A stretch of 64,000 nt of DNA from Dehalococcoidia bacterium (GCA_030740155.1 JASLXV010000085.1:1-64000); one strand, 5' to 3'. Positions 49,795 to 59,684 are shown, numbered from the stretch's first letter. Numbers and translations are program-made. Notes: generated from the sequence alone by a model not told the origin.

Positions 49795-50135
49795 CGTTGT
49801 TGAACTATAAGGGGGTAATGCCGGGGGCATCCGGTAGACATAATATGCCCCGGCTGGGCCGTCCCTTCGGCCGGCAGAGCGGCGTCGGCCAAAAGGAATC
49901 GGATCAGAGGAGGTGGCCACTGAGCAAAGTACATGGCTTTTTCAAGGACAGGCGCATCGGCTGGAAAGGCTGGTGCTAGGCCCCGTCGGGAAACGTCCCT
50001 CAACATCAATGTTGCCTTCATAACATTTGTAGATACCATACGTCATCATAGATATTAGTCCTTCTTCCTGGAATGGGGATAGCTTCGACGGGTGCGAGAT
50101 TTAAGCAATTTTTGCGAAGGGATTGGGTGAATAAG

Positions 50136-50966
50136 ATGATGTCGACAGCTGTCAAGATCATCAGTGATGGTGTCATCAAGCTAGATGGCGGTTCAATGTT
50201 TGGGCAGGTGCCCAAAATGGCCTGGGAAAACAACGTGGTTACCGACCGAAAGAACCGGATGACACTAGGGCTGAACTGCACGCTGCTTCAAGTTTGTGGA
50301 CGCAACGTGCTGGTGGATGCGGGAGTCGGGTCGAAAGACGCCGACAATGACAAGGAAACCCTGGGACTGGTTCCCAGCCGGCTGCTCAAAGGCCTCAAGG
50401 CGATGGGGCTAACTCCCAAAGATATCCATGCAGTAGTTCTTTCTCACCTTCATTTTGATCATAGCGGCGGTTGCACCCGGCTGGACCGCGCGGGCAACGT
50501 GATGCCCACCTTCCCGAAAGCCACCTACTACGTTCAACAGGCCTGTTGGGACGAGGCCCGTCACCCCAACGAGCGCTGCCACGCGATACACCGGGCGGAT
50601 AACTTCCTGCCCATCGAGGAGCGAGGCCAACTGGAGTTGCTGGATGGGGACACGGAGATATTCCCCGGGCTGAACGTGATCGTGACCGACGGCCACGCCA
50701 AAGGCCATCAAATGGTAATGTTCAATCACGGTGGAGAGAGGGTGGTCTTCTTGGGAGACATTGTCCCCACGCCGCATCACCTGAACCTGCCGGTGATCTC
50801 CGCCTTCGACAGCTCTCCTGAGGTGACCCTGGAGCAGAAGCGCGACCTGCTGAGCCAGGCGGAGCGCCAGGGCTGGCTGTTGGTCTTCTACCACGGGAAT
50901 GACACCAAGGCGGGTTATCTGGAACGGAGGGGTGACGCAAACTATCTGCGGCCCGTCGCGTTGTAA
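50136..50966 (+). CDS. MBL-fold metallo-hydrolase (YtnP/AHL-lactonase-like)
   Basis: LDGGSMFG.VPK..W, SHLHFDHSGG, GHAKGH, GD. Confidence 0.92.
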   Translation: MMSTAVKIISDGVIKLDGGSMFGQVPKMAWENNVVTDRKNRMTLGLNCTLLQVCGRNVLVDAGVGSKDADNDKETLGLVPSRLLKGLKAMGLTPKDIHAVVLSHLHFDHSGGCTRLDRAGNVMPTFPKATYYVQQACWDEARHPNERCHAIHRADNFLPIEERGQLELLDGDTEIFPGLNVIVTDGHAKGHQMVMFNHGGERVVFLGDIVPTPHHLNLPVISAFDSSPEVTLEQKRDLLSQAERQGWLLVFYHGNDTKAGYLERRGDANYLRPVAL

Positions 50967-51141
50967 TCCGCTAGCTTCCTGGTATTCCCCCGGTCGGGGT
51001 ACGGCGGCTGTCTCGCTTTGACTCTCTGAAGCGCAAGACAGCCGCCGCTGCATTTAGGGGCAGGTCGGCCCTGGCCGGCCGATGCTGATGCATTGCTCGG
51101 AGAATAGCCCTGCATCGGCGAATTTGTGCAACACCCCCCCC

Positions 51142-51208
51142 CGTCTTTCCGGCGAAGGCCGGAACCCAGAGAAGCGTGGAGTGGACCCCGGCGTTCGCCG
51201 GGGTGACG
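51142..51208. repeat. REP-like family B, copy 2
   Basis: cgtctttccggcgaaggccggaacccag...ccccggcgttcgccggggtgacg; partial third copy from 51272. Confidence 0.8.
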
Positions 51209-51345
51209 GATTGGATACCGGGCCAGTTACGAGATACTTGCCCTGGCGATCTCCCGCGTCATCCCCACGGCCGTCTTTCCGGTGAAAGATGGAATCCAGA
51301 TCGGCGCCAACTGGACCCGGGTCTTCAATAGGCGGGCGGCCCGGG

Positions 51346-52722
51346 TCACGACGCCAGCGTGGTTACCGAATCTCCGGCAAGGCCGACCAGCCGCGCCGGA
51401 GCGATCGTGTTGCGCAGGTCCCTCCGGTCTTCGGTACTGACCCGGATGTAGTTATCCGTCAGTCCGCTCCATATCGGTACGGCACCGCTTTCCCGCGCCA
51501 CTTCCCACAGCACGGGCCGGGTCTGCCCCAGTTGTTTATGACGAAAGGCCTCGAAACCCCCGGCCGCGACCTCGAGCATTTCCGCGGTCCGGGCCTTCTT
51601 CACGAGGTCCGGGACGTTCACGGCAAGGTAGGCGGCGCTGGTCCCCGGTCTGGAGGAGTAAGGGAAGATGTGCATGTCACTGAACTGCATGGATTGGGCG
51701 AAGCTATGGCTCTCGCGGAACTCGCTATCTCCTTCACCGGGAAACCCCACGATCAGGTCGGTGGTGATTCCGGCGTCGGGGACCTCCTGCCGGACCAACT
51801 CCACGGTGCGGGCGAAGTGCTCCGTATCATAACGACGCCGCATCGCCGCCAATATTCGGTCGCTCCCGCTCTGCAACGGCACGTGGAAGTGGGGGCACAG
51901 ACGGCGGTCCGCCCACAGCTTCAGCAGTTCCGGGGTGATCTCCTGGGCCTGCAGAGAAGAAACCCTGATGCGGGGCACGGCGCTCTCCGCCAGGATGCGC
52001 CGCAATAGATCAATGAGGCTGGCCCCGGCGATGTCGTAGCCGTAGGTCCCCAATTGGGTCCCGGTGAGGACGACCTCCCGGCAACCCTGGTCCACCCGGT
52101 GAATAATCTGCTGAACCACGGTGTCCGGAGGGACGCTGCGCTCGCGTCCCCGCACTTTGGGCACGATGCAATAGGCGCAGACCTGGCCGCACCCCTCTTG
52201 GATCTTGATCATCGCCCGGCTGCGCCCGGAGGCGGACCGAACGGTGTCGGCTTCGAGTTGGTCCCGTTCCTCCCCGGCAGGCCTCGCCTCCGGGGGATCC
52301 TGGGAAGGTTCGCTCCGCGAGCCGCCGCGACAGGCGAGGGTGGCGGTGACGGCCGAGACCAACTGGTCTTTCCGAGTGTTGCCTATCACCAGGATCGCCG
52401 GACCCAACCTCTCGAGGTCGTGGGCGGCCCGTTCGGCATAGCAACCGGTGGCGACGATGAGGGACTTCTGGTTGTCGCGCCGGGCGGCCCGCAAGGCCTG
52501 TCGGGCTTTGGCGTCGGCCGTCGCGGTGACCGTGCAGGTGTTCAGCACCAAGACATCGGCGCCGGCCGGCCATTCGACGATCTGGTATCCGGCTTCAGCG
52601 AAATACCGGGCCAGCGTTTCACTGTCGGCCTGGTTCAATTTGCATCCGTGGGTGTGGATGGCCACCGTGCCGCGATAGCCACCAGCCGCGGATCGCACCG
52701 CCGACGGATTAGTCTGGGTCAT
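51346..52722 (-). CDS. mtaB: tRNA ms2t6A methylthiotransferase (radical SAM)
   Basis: GCKLNQAD, NTCTVT, TGCYA, KIQEGC..VCAYC, PYSSRPGT, GLTDNY. Confidence 0.92.
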   Translation of the reverse strand: MTQTNPSAVRSAAGGYRGTVAIHTHGCKLNQADSETLARYFAEAGYQIVEWPAGADVLVLNTCTVTATADAKARQALRAARRDNQKSLIVATGCYAERAAHDLERLGPAILVIGNTRKDQLVSAVTATLACRGGSRSEPSQDPPEARPAGEERDQLEADTVRSASGRSRAMIKIQEGCGQVCAYCIVPKVRGRERSVPPDTVVQQIIHRVDQGCREVVLTGTQLGTYGYDIAGASLIDLLRRILAESAVPRIRVSSLQAQEITPELLKLWADRRLCPHFHVPLQSGSDRILAAMRRRYDTEHFARTVELVRQEVPDAGITTDLIVGFPGEGDSEFRESHSFAQSMQFSDMHIFPYSSRPGTSAAYLAVNVPDLVKKARTAEMLEVAAGGFEAFRHKQLGQTRPVLWEVARESGAVPIWSGLTDNYIRVSTEDRRDLRNTIAPARLVGLAGDSVTTLAS

Positions 52723-53101
52723 CCTGGGGTACCATCTCCCAAAGCCGCTCCACCGCCGAGCTGATGTCTTCGAGTACCGGAACCAGGCGGTCCACCCGGT
52801 AACGCAGCTCTCGGACCCGCTCGACCCAGTCGGCGAAGGTACTCAAATGGGTGAACGCGTCCCGGATGCGCCGGTCCCGATGTTCCAGGCCCAGTTGGGT
52901 GGCGTACTCCCGCACCGCCTCTTGGCCCTCGATCTGTTCCGCCCGGCTCAGGGCCACCCCTTTCACGGCCAGGGTAAGGCTGCCCCAAAGGAAGTCCTCG
53001 GTGCGCGACCAGCGGCCCCCACGCATCTCGTCGAACGCGCTATCCAGGTATTGGAAGCTCTGTCTGCGGTAGCGGCGGATTCGTTGGCGGTCCACGGCCA
53101 T
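52709..53101 (-). CDS. PaREP1/HEPN-like helical-bundle protein
   Basis: YL..A..E...G.W....D.LWG...LAVK.VA pattern; overlaps the mtaB start. Confidence 0.65.
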   Translation of the reverse strand: MAVDRQRIRRYRRQSFQYLDSAFDEMRGGRWSRTEDFLWGSLTLAVKGVALSRAEQIEGQEAVREYATQLGLEHRDRRIRDAFTHLSTFADWVERVRELRYRVDRLVPVLEDISSAVERLWEMVPQDDPD

Positions 53102-53278
53102 TGCTTTTTCGTCTTCGCGGCGTCGGTGAGAGCCGGCTGCGGTATTTGCCACGCTGGACGTGGTGGCGTGCCAATTTATTCTAGCATGAGTTCACGGCTC
53201 CGGAGGGGAACCACTCGTTTATCTGCGTCCGCGCAACTACGAATCCGGGCCGGGACCAGGCCAAGGAGGGATCGCTCT

Positions 53279-54931
53279 TCATCGGGCCGGATGGCCGGAT
53301 CCCGGAGGCGGAATTTGGAACGGCGGCAACAGGACGGGCAGGGGCACCTCGATGACCACCGGCCGCTGGGCGCGGAGGGCGCTGCGGAGGGCATCTCCCA
53401 GCTCCTGGTGGCCGGAGAGCTTCACCCCCTGTGCACCGTAAACCTCCGCCAGTTGGGAGAAACTGGGGTTGTGGAGCCTGGTCCCGATGGCCCGTCCGCC
53501 GAGGCGGTCCCGCTGCTCGCTGTAGGACGCGCCTAGGGCCCCGTTGTTGAACACCAGGGTGACGGCGTTAATCTCCTCCTGCACCGCGGTGGCCAGCTCG
53601 CTGGAGGCGTACCCGAACCCGCCGTCTCCGCTGGTGGCCACCACCTGCCGGTGAGGGTTGCCCACCTTAGCTCCCAGAGCCGTGGGGAAGGCGTAGCCCA
53701 GGGTGGCGAAGTACCCCGAGGTGATGTAGGAGCGGGGCTTGAGGACCGGGAACGCCAGGTGGCTCCAATACCCGATCTCGGTGGTGCCGCTGATCAGGAT
53801 GGCGTCGTCGTCCAGCTCCCGGCGGATGGTCTCTATGATCTCGACCTGCAAGGGAGCTATCTCCTTGATCTTCTGGTAAGAATCCTGCCGGATCGAGGTC
53901 AGTTCCCCGCCGGTCCACTGGCTGGACCCGGTGGCGCCTCCCAGCTCGTTCAGCAGCGCCTGCAGGGCCAGCCGTCCGTCGGCGGTTATGCCCACGGCCA
54001 GGGGTAGGTTGCGGCCCACCTCCTCGGGGTCGGCGTCGATTTGGATTAGCTTCTGATGGGGCTGAATGCCCCAGGGGAGCTTTGGCGCAAAGTGCATCCG
54101 GCTGCCCACGGCCAGGATCACGTCCGCTTGGGGCAGCACCTGGTGTCCGGGACCGTGGGCGTAATAATAGGCGCCCAGGGACAGGGGGTTGTCTTCTGGA
54201 ATGGCGCCTTTCCCCTGAGCCGTGGTGATTACCGGGGCATTCAGGGCCTGGGCCAGTCCCAAGAGTTCTGCCGAGAGGCCGGCCTCACGGGACCCGCCTC
54301 CGGCCCAGATCAGCGGACGCCGCGCTTCGGCCAGTAGCCGGGCAGCTTCCTTTATGTCCGGCGGCTCCGGGTGCTGCTTGGCAAAGACCTCCCGCTCCGG
54401 CAGCTCCGCCTCGGCGGTCGCCGGTAGGACGTCCCACGGTATCTCGATCTCCACCGGCCGCGGTCTCCCGGTTGACAGGTGCTGCATGGCGGTGTGGACC
54501 AGTCCGGGTATCTCTTCTACCCGGGAGGTGCGGGCACACCACTTGGTGATCTGCCGGAACACCTCCATCTGTTCCCCGATTTCGTGGAGGGCGCCCCGGT
54601 TTTCTCCCAGGTTGTAGCTTTCGATCTGGCCGCAGATCAGGAGCACCGGCGACGAGGTGGCGTAGGCGGTACCCAGTCCGGCGGTGGCGTTGAGGGCCCC
54701 CGGTCCGGGAACGACCAGGCCGACACCTGGCCGGCCGGTGGTGCGGGCGTAGCCGTCGGCCATGTAGGTAACCGATTGCTCGTGGCGCACCAGCACCAAG
54801 CGGATGGCAGGCTCGTCGTACAACGCGTCGAAGGCGTCCATTATCTGAACGCCGGGAAGGGCGAAGACCACGCCGACGCCCTCGCGGGCCAGTGAACGAA
54901 TTAAAGCCTGGGCGCCGCTCATCATCGGCAT
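53279..54931 (-). CDS. thiamine-diphosphate-dependent enzyme (ALS-like)
   Basis: RHEQ, ADGYAR, GPGALN, GDGGF...NN. Confidence 0.93.
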   Translation of the reverse strand: MPMMSGAQALIRSLAREGVGVVFALPGVQIMDAFDALYDEPAIRLVLVRHEQSVTYMADGYARTTGRPGVGLVVPGPGALNATAGLGTAYATSSPVLLICGQIESYNLGENRGALHEIGEQMEVFRQITKWCARTSRVEEIPGLVHTAMQHLSTGRPRPVEIEIPWDVLPATAEAELPEREVFAKQHPEPPDIKEAARLLAEARRPLIWAGGGSREAGLSAELLGLAQALNAPVITTAQGKGAIPEDNPLSLGAYYYAHGPGHQVLPQADVILAVGSRMHFAPKLPWGIQPHQKLIQIDADPEEVGRNLPLAVGITADGRLALQALLNELGGATGSSQWTGGELTSIRQDSYQKIKEIAPLQVEIIETIRRELDDDAILISGTTEIGYWSHLAFPVLKPRSYITSGYFATLGYAFPTALGAKVGNPHRQVVATSGDGGFGYASSELATAVQEEINAVTLVFNNGALGASYSEQRDRLGGRAIGTRLHNPSFSQLAEVYGAQGVKLSGHQELGDALRSALRAQRPVVIEVPLPVLLPPFQIPPPGSGHPAR

Positions 54932-55105
54932 GGCACTCCTCGGCGGGAACTGGTTATCAGGTTCGTTGAATCACCCAGGGAAGCTGCATCTCATGATAGA
55001 CGAACGGCCTCGCCTGTCAACCGGACCCGAAGGCTGGTTGCCAAAAGGACGGGGGAATGGCAACATAAGTGCCAGACCAAGAACGCAACGCGGTGGGAGA
55101 CGACT

Positions 55106-56311
55106 GTGCCAGGTCCGAACAGTTTTCGCATCTCAGGGTACTCGATTCGAGTCCATGCCGGGGACGACGCCATCGCCCGGCTGAGCGATGAGGCGGATCG
55201 AGCCCGGGCCAAGCGGGTTTTCGTGGTGTGCGGCCAGTCGGTGGCTCACCGAACTGATTTGCTGAACCGGGTAAGAGACGTGCTGGGAGGCCGGCTGGCC
55301 GGCGTGTTCGACGGCGCCCAGACCGGCTCGCCCGTTCCCTCGGTGACGAAGGGCGCGGCCATGGCGGCTGAAGCCGGTGCGGACCTCATTGTCGCCGTGG
55401 GCGGAGGCAGCGCCGTCGTCACCGCCCGGGCCATCACCATCCTTCTCGCCGAAGGGGGCACGGCCCGCGACCACGCCACTAAGTACCCGCAAGGCCTGCC
55501 ACCGGTCAGCCCGCGCCTGATGCAGCCAAAAATTCCCAATGTCCTGGTGTTGACCACTCCCACCACGGCGGCAACCCGGGCGGGCACGGCGGTTATCGAC
55601 CCGGAGACGGGACACCGGCTGGAATTGTTTGACCCCAAGACCCGCCCGGCCGCTTTGATATGGGACACGAGGGCTCTGCTGACCGCGCCTCCTTCGCTCT
55701 GCGTGAGCGCCGCGGCCTCCTGCTACAGCGGAGTGGTGGGGGCCTTGCAATCCCGTGAGAGACTGAACCCGCTGGCCGGGGGGGACCTGGTTCAGGCGTT
55801 GCGGCTGCTCCAGGAGAACCTGCCGCTTGTGGCGCTGCGGCCGGACGCCGGGGAGGTGCGGCTCAACCTGTCCGCCGCCGCCTTCCTGTACAATCGTGCC
55901 GGAGACAGTGGCGCGGGCGGGAGCGCGGTTGGAGTGGTGAGCGCCATGGCCCACTCCCTGGATACGCGCTACCCGGAGTGCGACCACGGTGCGGCCTACG
56001 CCATCCTCACGGCGCCGGGGATGCGGTTCAACCGGGATCACAACCTTGCCGGGCAAGCCCGGCTGGCCTCTGTAATGGGTGTGCGGCAGCATTCAATGGA
56101 AAACGATGCTGCCGCCAGAGCGGCCGCGGATGCCGTGGCCCAGACCTTCAACTCTCTCGGGTTGCCGGCTCGGCTAAGCCAGGTGGGAGTAGGCGAGGAA
56201 GGAGTGAAGCTGTTGGCGGAGGACACGATGACCGACTTCGCCTTGCACCGTAACGTCCGGCCGGTCAAAGAGGTCTCCGAGTTGGAGGAGCTGCTGCGGG
56301 AGATTTGGTGA
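55106..56311 (+). CDS. iron-containing alcohol dehydrogenase-family protein (degenerate metal site)
   Basis: AVGGGS, PTT, MAHSL....HG, LGLP.RL..VG, NVRP. Confidence 0.85.
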   Translation: MPGPNSFRISGYSIRVHAGDDAIARLSDEADRARAKRVFVVCGQSVAHRTDLLNRVRDVLGGRLAGVFDGAQTGSPVPSVTKGAAMAAEAGADLIVAVGGGSAVVTARAITILLAEGGTARDHATKYPQGLPPVSPRLMQPKIPNVLVLTTPTTAATRAGTAVIDPETGHRLELFDPKTRPAALIWDTRALLTAPPSLCVSAAASCYSGVVGALQSRERLNPLAGGDLVQALRLLQENLPLVALRPDAGEVRLNLSAAAFLYNRAGDSGAGGSAVGVVSAMAHSLDTRYPECDHGAAYAILTAPGMRFNRDHNLAGQARLASVMGVRQHSMENDAAARAAADAVAQTFNSLGLPARLSQVGVGEEGVKLLAEDTMTDFALHRNVRPVKEVSELEELLREIW

Positions 56312-56346
56312 GGGGCTTCCTTCCAAGAACCCGACCAAGAGGGAAA

Positions 56347-56562
56347 ACGGGAACAGAGCGGGTAACCGTAACCGATGACCGGCCTGGCGGCACGTTGACC
56401 GGGCGGCTTGGAGACCCTGGCCGCGAGCATGTCTGTGAAGAAACCGGGGACGAGGCCATATTGATGTAGGACCGGGACGGACGAGTTATCGGCTTCGAGA
56501 AACCGCAAACTTCGATCCCAAACAGGGAACGATTGGCAGTAACCTTCGAAGCCGTGGGATGA
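56347..56562 (+). pseudogene. DUF2283-family remnant
   Basis: manual translation: ACG start, ...GTLT..LGDP..EHVCEETGDEAILM*DRDGRVIGFEK...LAVTFEAVG; internal TAG 56467-56469. Confidence 0.75.
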
Positions 56563-56626
56563 GGGCCGTTAGATGCCCTTCAGTCGAGCAGATCTTCAGC
56601 AGTCTTGGCAAAAGGACGGTGATTCA

Positions 56627-58051
56627 ATGACAACTGGCGACAACAAGGTCAGAATAGAGCGAGACTCCATGGGACCCATGGAAGTCCCCGCCGGCGCTCT
56701 CTACGGCGCCTCCACCATGCGCGCGGTGCTGAACTTTCCTATCAGCGACCTGCGCTTTCCCCGGTCTTTCATCCGTTCCTTGGGTCTCGTGAAGCTGGCG
56801 GCGGCCAAGACCAACATGGCCCTGGGTCTCCTGGCGGTGAAAGAGGGCAACGCCGTGGTGGCCGCCGCCCAAGAGGTGGCCGACGGAAAACTGGACGAGC
56901 ACTTCGTCCTGGATGTTTTTCAGACCGGCTCCGGCACCTCCACCAATACCAACGCCAATGAGGTCATCGCCAATCGGGCGTCCCAGATACTAGGTGGCGA
57001 CCTCGGGTCCGGCCTGGTCCACCCCAACGACCACGTCAACATGGGTCAGTCGTCCAACGACGTTATTCCCACCTGCATCCACCTGGCGGCGCTGATGGCC
57101 GCCACGGAGGACCTGGTCCCCGCTTTGGAGAAGCTTGAGGGAGCGCTTCGGAAAAAATCCGAGGAATTGTGGCTCGTCATAAAAACCGGCCGCACCCACC
57201 TCCAGGACGCAACCCCGGTGCGGCTGGGCCAGGAGTTTCTGGGCTTCGCCGGCCAGGCTGGATACAGCATTCAACGTCTGGGCAGAATGACGGATGCCCT
57301 GGCCGAGGTGGCACTGGGCGGCACCGCCGTGGGCACCGGGGTCAACACCCACCCGGAGTTTTCCGCCCGCACCTGCCGGCTCCTGTCCGAGATTACCGGA
57401 GTCCAAGTCCGAGAGACGGACAATCACTTCCAGGCTCAGGCAGCCCTGGACGGCGTGGTGGAGGCCAGCGGCATCCTCAAGACCATCGCCATCAGCCTGC
57501 ACAAGATGGCCAACGACATCCGCTTCCTGGCCTGCGGCCCCCGCGCCGGGCTCGGTGAGATACTGGTGCCTGAAGTGCAGCCGGGCAGCTCCATCATGCC
57601 GGGCAAGGTCAACCCGGTGATCTCGGAGTCGGTGATCCAGGTGGTGGCCCAGGTGGTCGGCAACGATGCCACGGTAACCCTGGCCGGCCAAGGTGGCTAC
57701 TTCGAGCTGAACACCATGATGCCGGTGGCCGCCTACAACATACTGCAATCGATCTCCCTGTTGGCGGCGTCCGCCGACAATTTTGCCGAACAGTGCGTCA
57801 AGGGCATCCAGGCCACTGAGACAGGGCCCCAGATGGTGGAAAAGGGACTAATGCTCGGTACCGCGCTGACTCCGGCCATCGGCTACGACGCCGCGGCCAC
57901 CATCGCCAAAGAGGCAGCCGCGACCGGCAGCACGATCCGTGAGATGGCCAAACTCAAGACCAGCCTGTCCGACGCCGAGCTGGACAATCTGCTGAACCCC
58001 GCGGCCATGACCGAGCCGGGCCTGGGGTCCGGCGTTGGTGGCGGGGGCTAG
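56627..58051 (+). CDS. fumC: class II fumarate hydratase
   Basis: FQTGSGTS.N.N.NEV, HPNDHVN, KTGRTHLQDA, GSSIMPGKVNP, GYFELN. Confidence 0.93.
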   Translation: MTTGDNKVRIERDSMGPMEVPAGALYGASTMRAVLNFPISDLRFPRSFIRSLGLVKLAAAKTNMALGLLAVKEGNAVVAAAQEVADGKLDEHFVLDVFQTGSGTSTNTNANEVIANRASQILGGDLGSGLVHPNDHVNMGQSSNDVIPTCIHLAALMAATEDLVPALEKLEGALRKKSEELWLVIKTGRTHLQDATPVRLGQEFLGFAGQAGYSIQRLGRMTDALAEVALGGTAVGTGVNTHPEFSARTCRLLSEITGVQVRETDNHFQAQAALDGVVEASGILKTIAISLHKMANDIRFLACGPRAGLGEILVPEVQPGSSIMPGKVNPVISESVIQVVAQVVGNDATVTLAGQGGYFELNTMMPVAAYNILQSISLLAASADNFAEQCVKGIQATETGPQMVEKGLMLGTALTPAIGYDAAATIAKEAAATGSTIREMAKLKTSLSDAELDNLLNPAAMTEPGLGSGVGGGG

Positions 58052-58214
58052 ACCCTCCTCCGGCCGGACCCGCAGCACGGCCAATCCGATTACCGGAAGG
58101 GCGGCCCTGGCCTCCCGATCCTGGCCCATGCCGGGAAATGTCTGGGACCCTGCCGGGAACTTTCCGGCGACGCCGGGCGTCTTTGATGGAAAGATTAAAG
58201 ACAGAGGTGGCCCC

Positions 58215-59402
58215 ATGATGAAGCTAATCGTTTTTCTCACATTGGCCGTATCGATCTTCCTGATGGCGTGCTCGGCGGGGGACGACCCACAAGCATCTGT
58301 TGGGTCGTTCGGGGAAGACTCCGCCGAGAACAAAGGAGGCGCTCGGGACGCCGACATGGCACTCCTTTCGGTGGCTTCGGCGCCCACGGCAGCGCCCGCG
58401 GCCACGGCGGCGCCCGGCGCTTCATTCGCTGCCCTGGCCGCGGGGGATGGCCGGGTATCCGGCGCCGCCCTGGAAACCGCCCAGAGGATGGTCATCTCGA
58501 CGGCTTCTATTTCCATCGAGGTGGAGATGGTGCAAACCGCCATCGCCGAGGTGCGGGCCATCGCCGAGAGCCTTGGGGGGTTCGTGGAGCATCTGGACAG
58601 CTCCGGAGGGCCGGAGCGCCAGCGGGCCTCCATGACCGTTCGCGTTCCTCAGGCCCAGTTTGAAACCGCGCTGGGGCGCATCGAAGTACTGGGCGAAGTG
58701 CAAAGCCGTAATGAGGGCGCTTAAGACGTATCGGAGCAGTTCATCGACTTGGAAGCTCGCCTGAAAAGCTCGCTGCGGGAGGAGCAGAGCCTGCTGTCTT
58801 TGCTGGGGAGAACTGGGACGGTGGGCGAAATCCTGACCATAGAACGGGAGTTGGCCAGGGTCCGGTCTGAGATCGAGCGATTCCAGGGCCAGCTCAATTT
58901 CCTGGAAAGGCGAGTGGACCTGGCTACCATATCAGTGTCGCTCTTCCCTCCGGATGAGGAAGTCTCCGAGGCTCCCTCGGCTGCCCTGGTGATCCGGGTA
59001 TCGGATGTCGGCGCCGCCGTGGCGGAGGTCAAAGGCCTGATCGGCACCTATGAAGGAGTCGTGGAACGCGTCTTCCTGTCGCAGCGAAATGACCAGGAGG
59101 AGGCGACCCTCTCCCTCAAGGTGTTTGCCGGCGAGTTCCCGCAGGTAATGGACCTACTGGAAGCGCAGGGCGAGGTGAAGAGCAAGGAAGTGCAGGAGGG
59201 CAGAGTCCCGCCGGGCGGGACGCCAGAGCGTGCCAAGAAGCCCGACGCCAGGATAGACCTCTCTCTGGTTGAAAAGGATGAAGACTCGAACGACGCCCTG
59301 ATAGTGATAATCATCGCGGCTATCGGCGGGGTTTGGCTGATAGCAATTCTGGGGGCCCTGGTCTTCTTGGGCAGCCGCGCGGCGCGACGCCGAGGAAACT
59401 GA
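58215..59402 (+). pseudogene. DUF4349-domain lipoprotein interrupted by an in-frame TAA
   Basis: lipobox LMAC; TVRVP; NEGA*DVSEQFIDLEARL with both ORF halves in the same frame; C-terminal TM helix. Confidence 0.82.
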
Positions 59403-59450
59403 TTCCGGGGCACTGTTAAGGCGGTGCCGCTGGGAACCCACGAGAGGTTA

Positions 59451-59518
59451 GCCACGGAGGCACAGAGACACGGAGCTATTACGTCCTATTTATCTCTGTG
59501 CCTCCGTGGCTCTGTGGC
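59451..59518. repeat. palindromic repeat family A, copy 4
   Basis: gccacggaggcacagagacacggag ... ctctgtgcctccgtggctctgtggc. Confidence 0.88.
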
Positions 59519-59636
59519 TTATCTAGTTCCAGGCACAGTTTTCGGCAGGCGCGGGCGGAAAAGGCTTGCCTCAAAACTGTCAATCCGAGTCGTCATGCCC
59601 CGGTGAGACGCCACCGGCAGACGGAAACACCTGATG

Positions 59637-59674
59637 CCCCCCTCTCCCACCGGGAGAGGGGCTGGGGGTGAGGG
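59637..59674. repeat. REP-like palindrome family C, copy 2
   Basis: cccctctcccaccgggagaggggctgggggtgagggg. Confidence 0.7.
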
Positions 59675-59684
59675 GCGAATCCCT

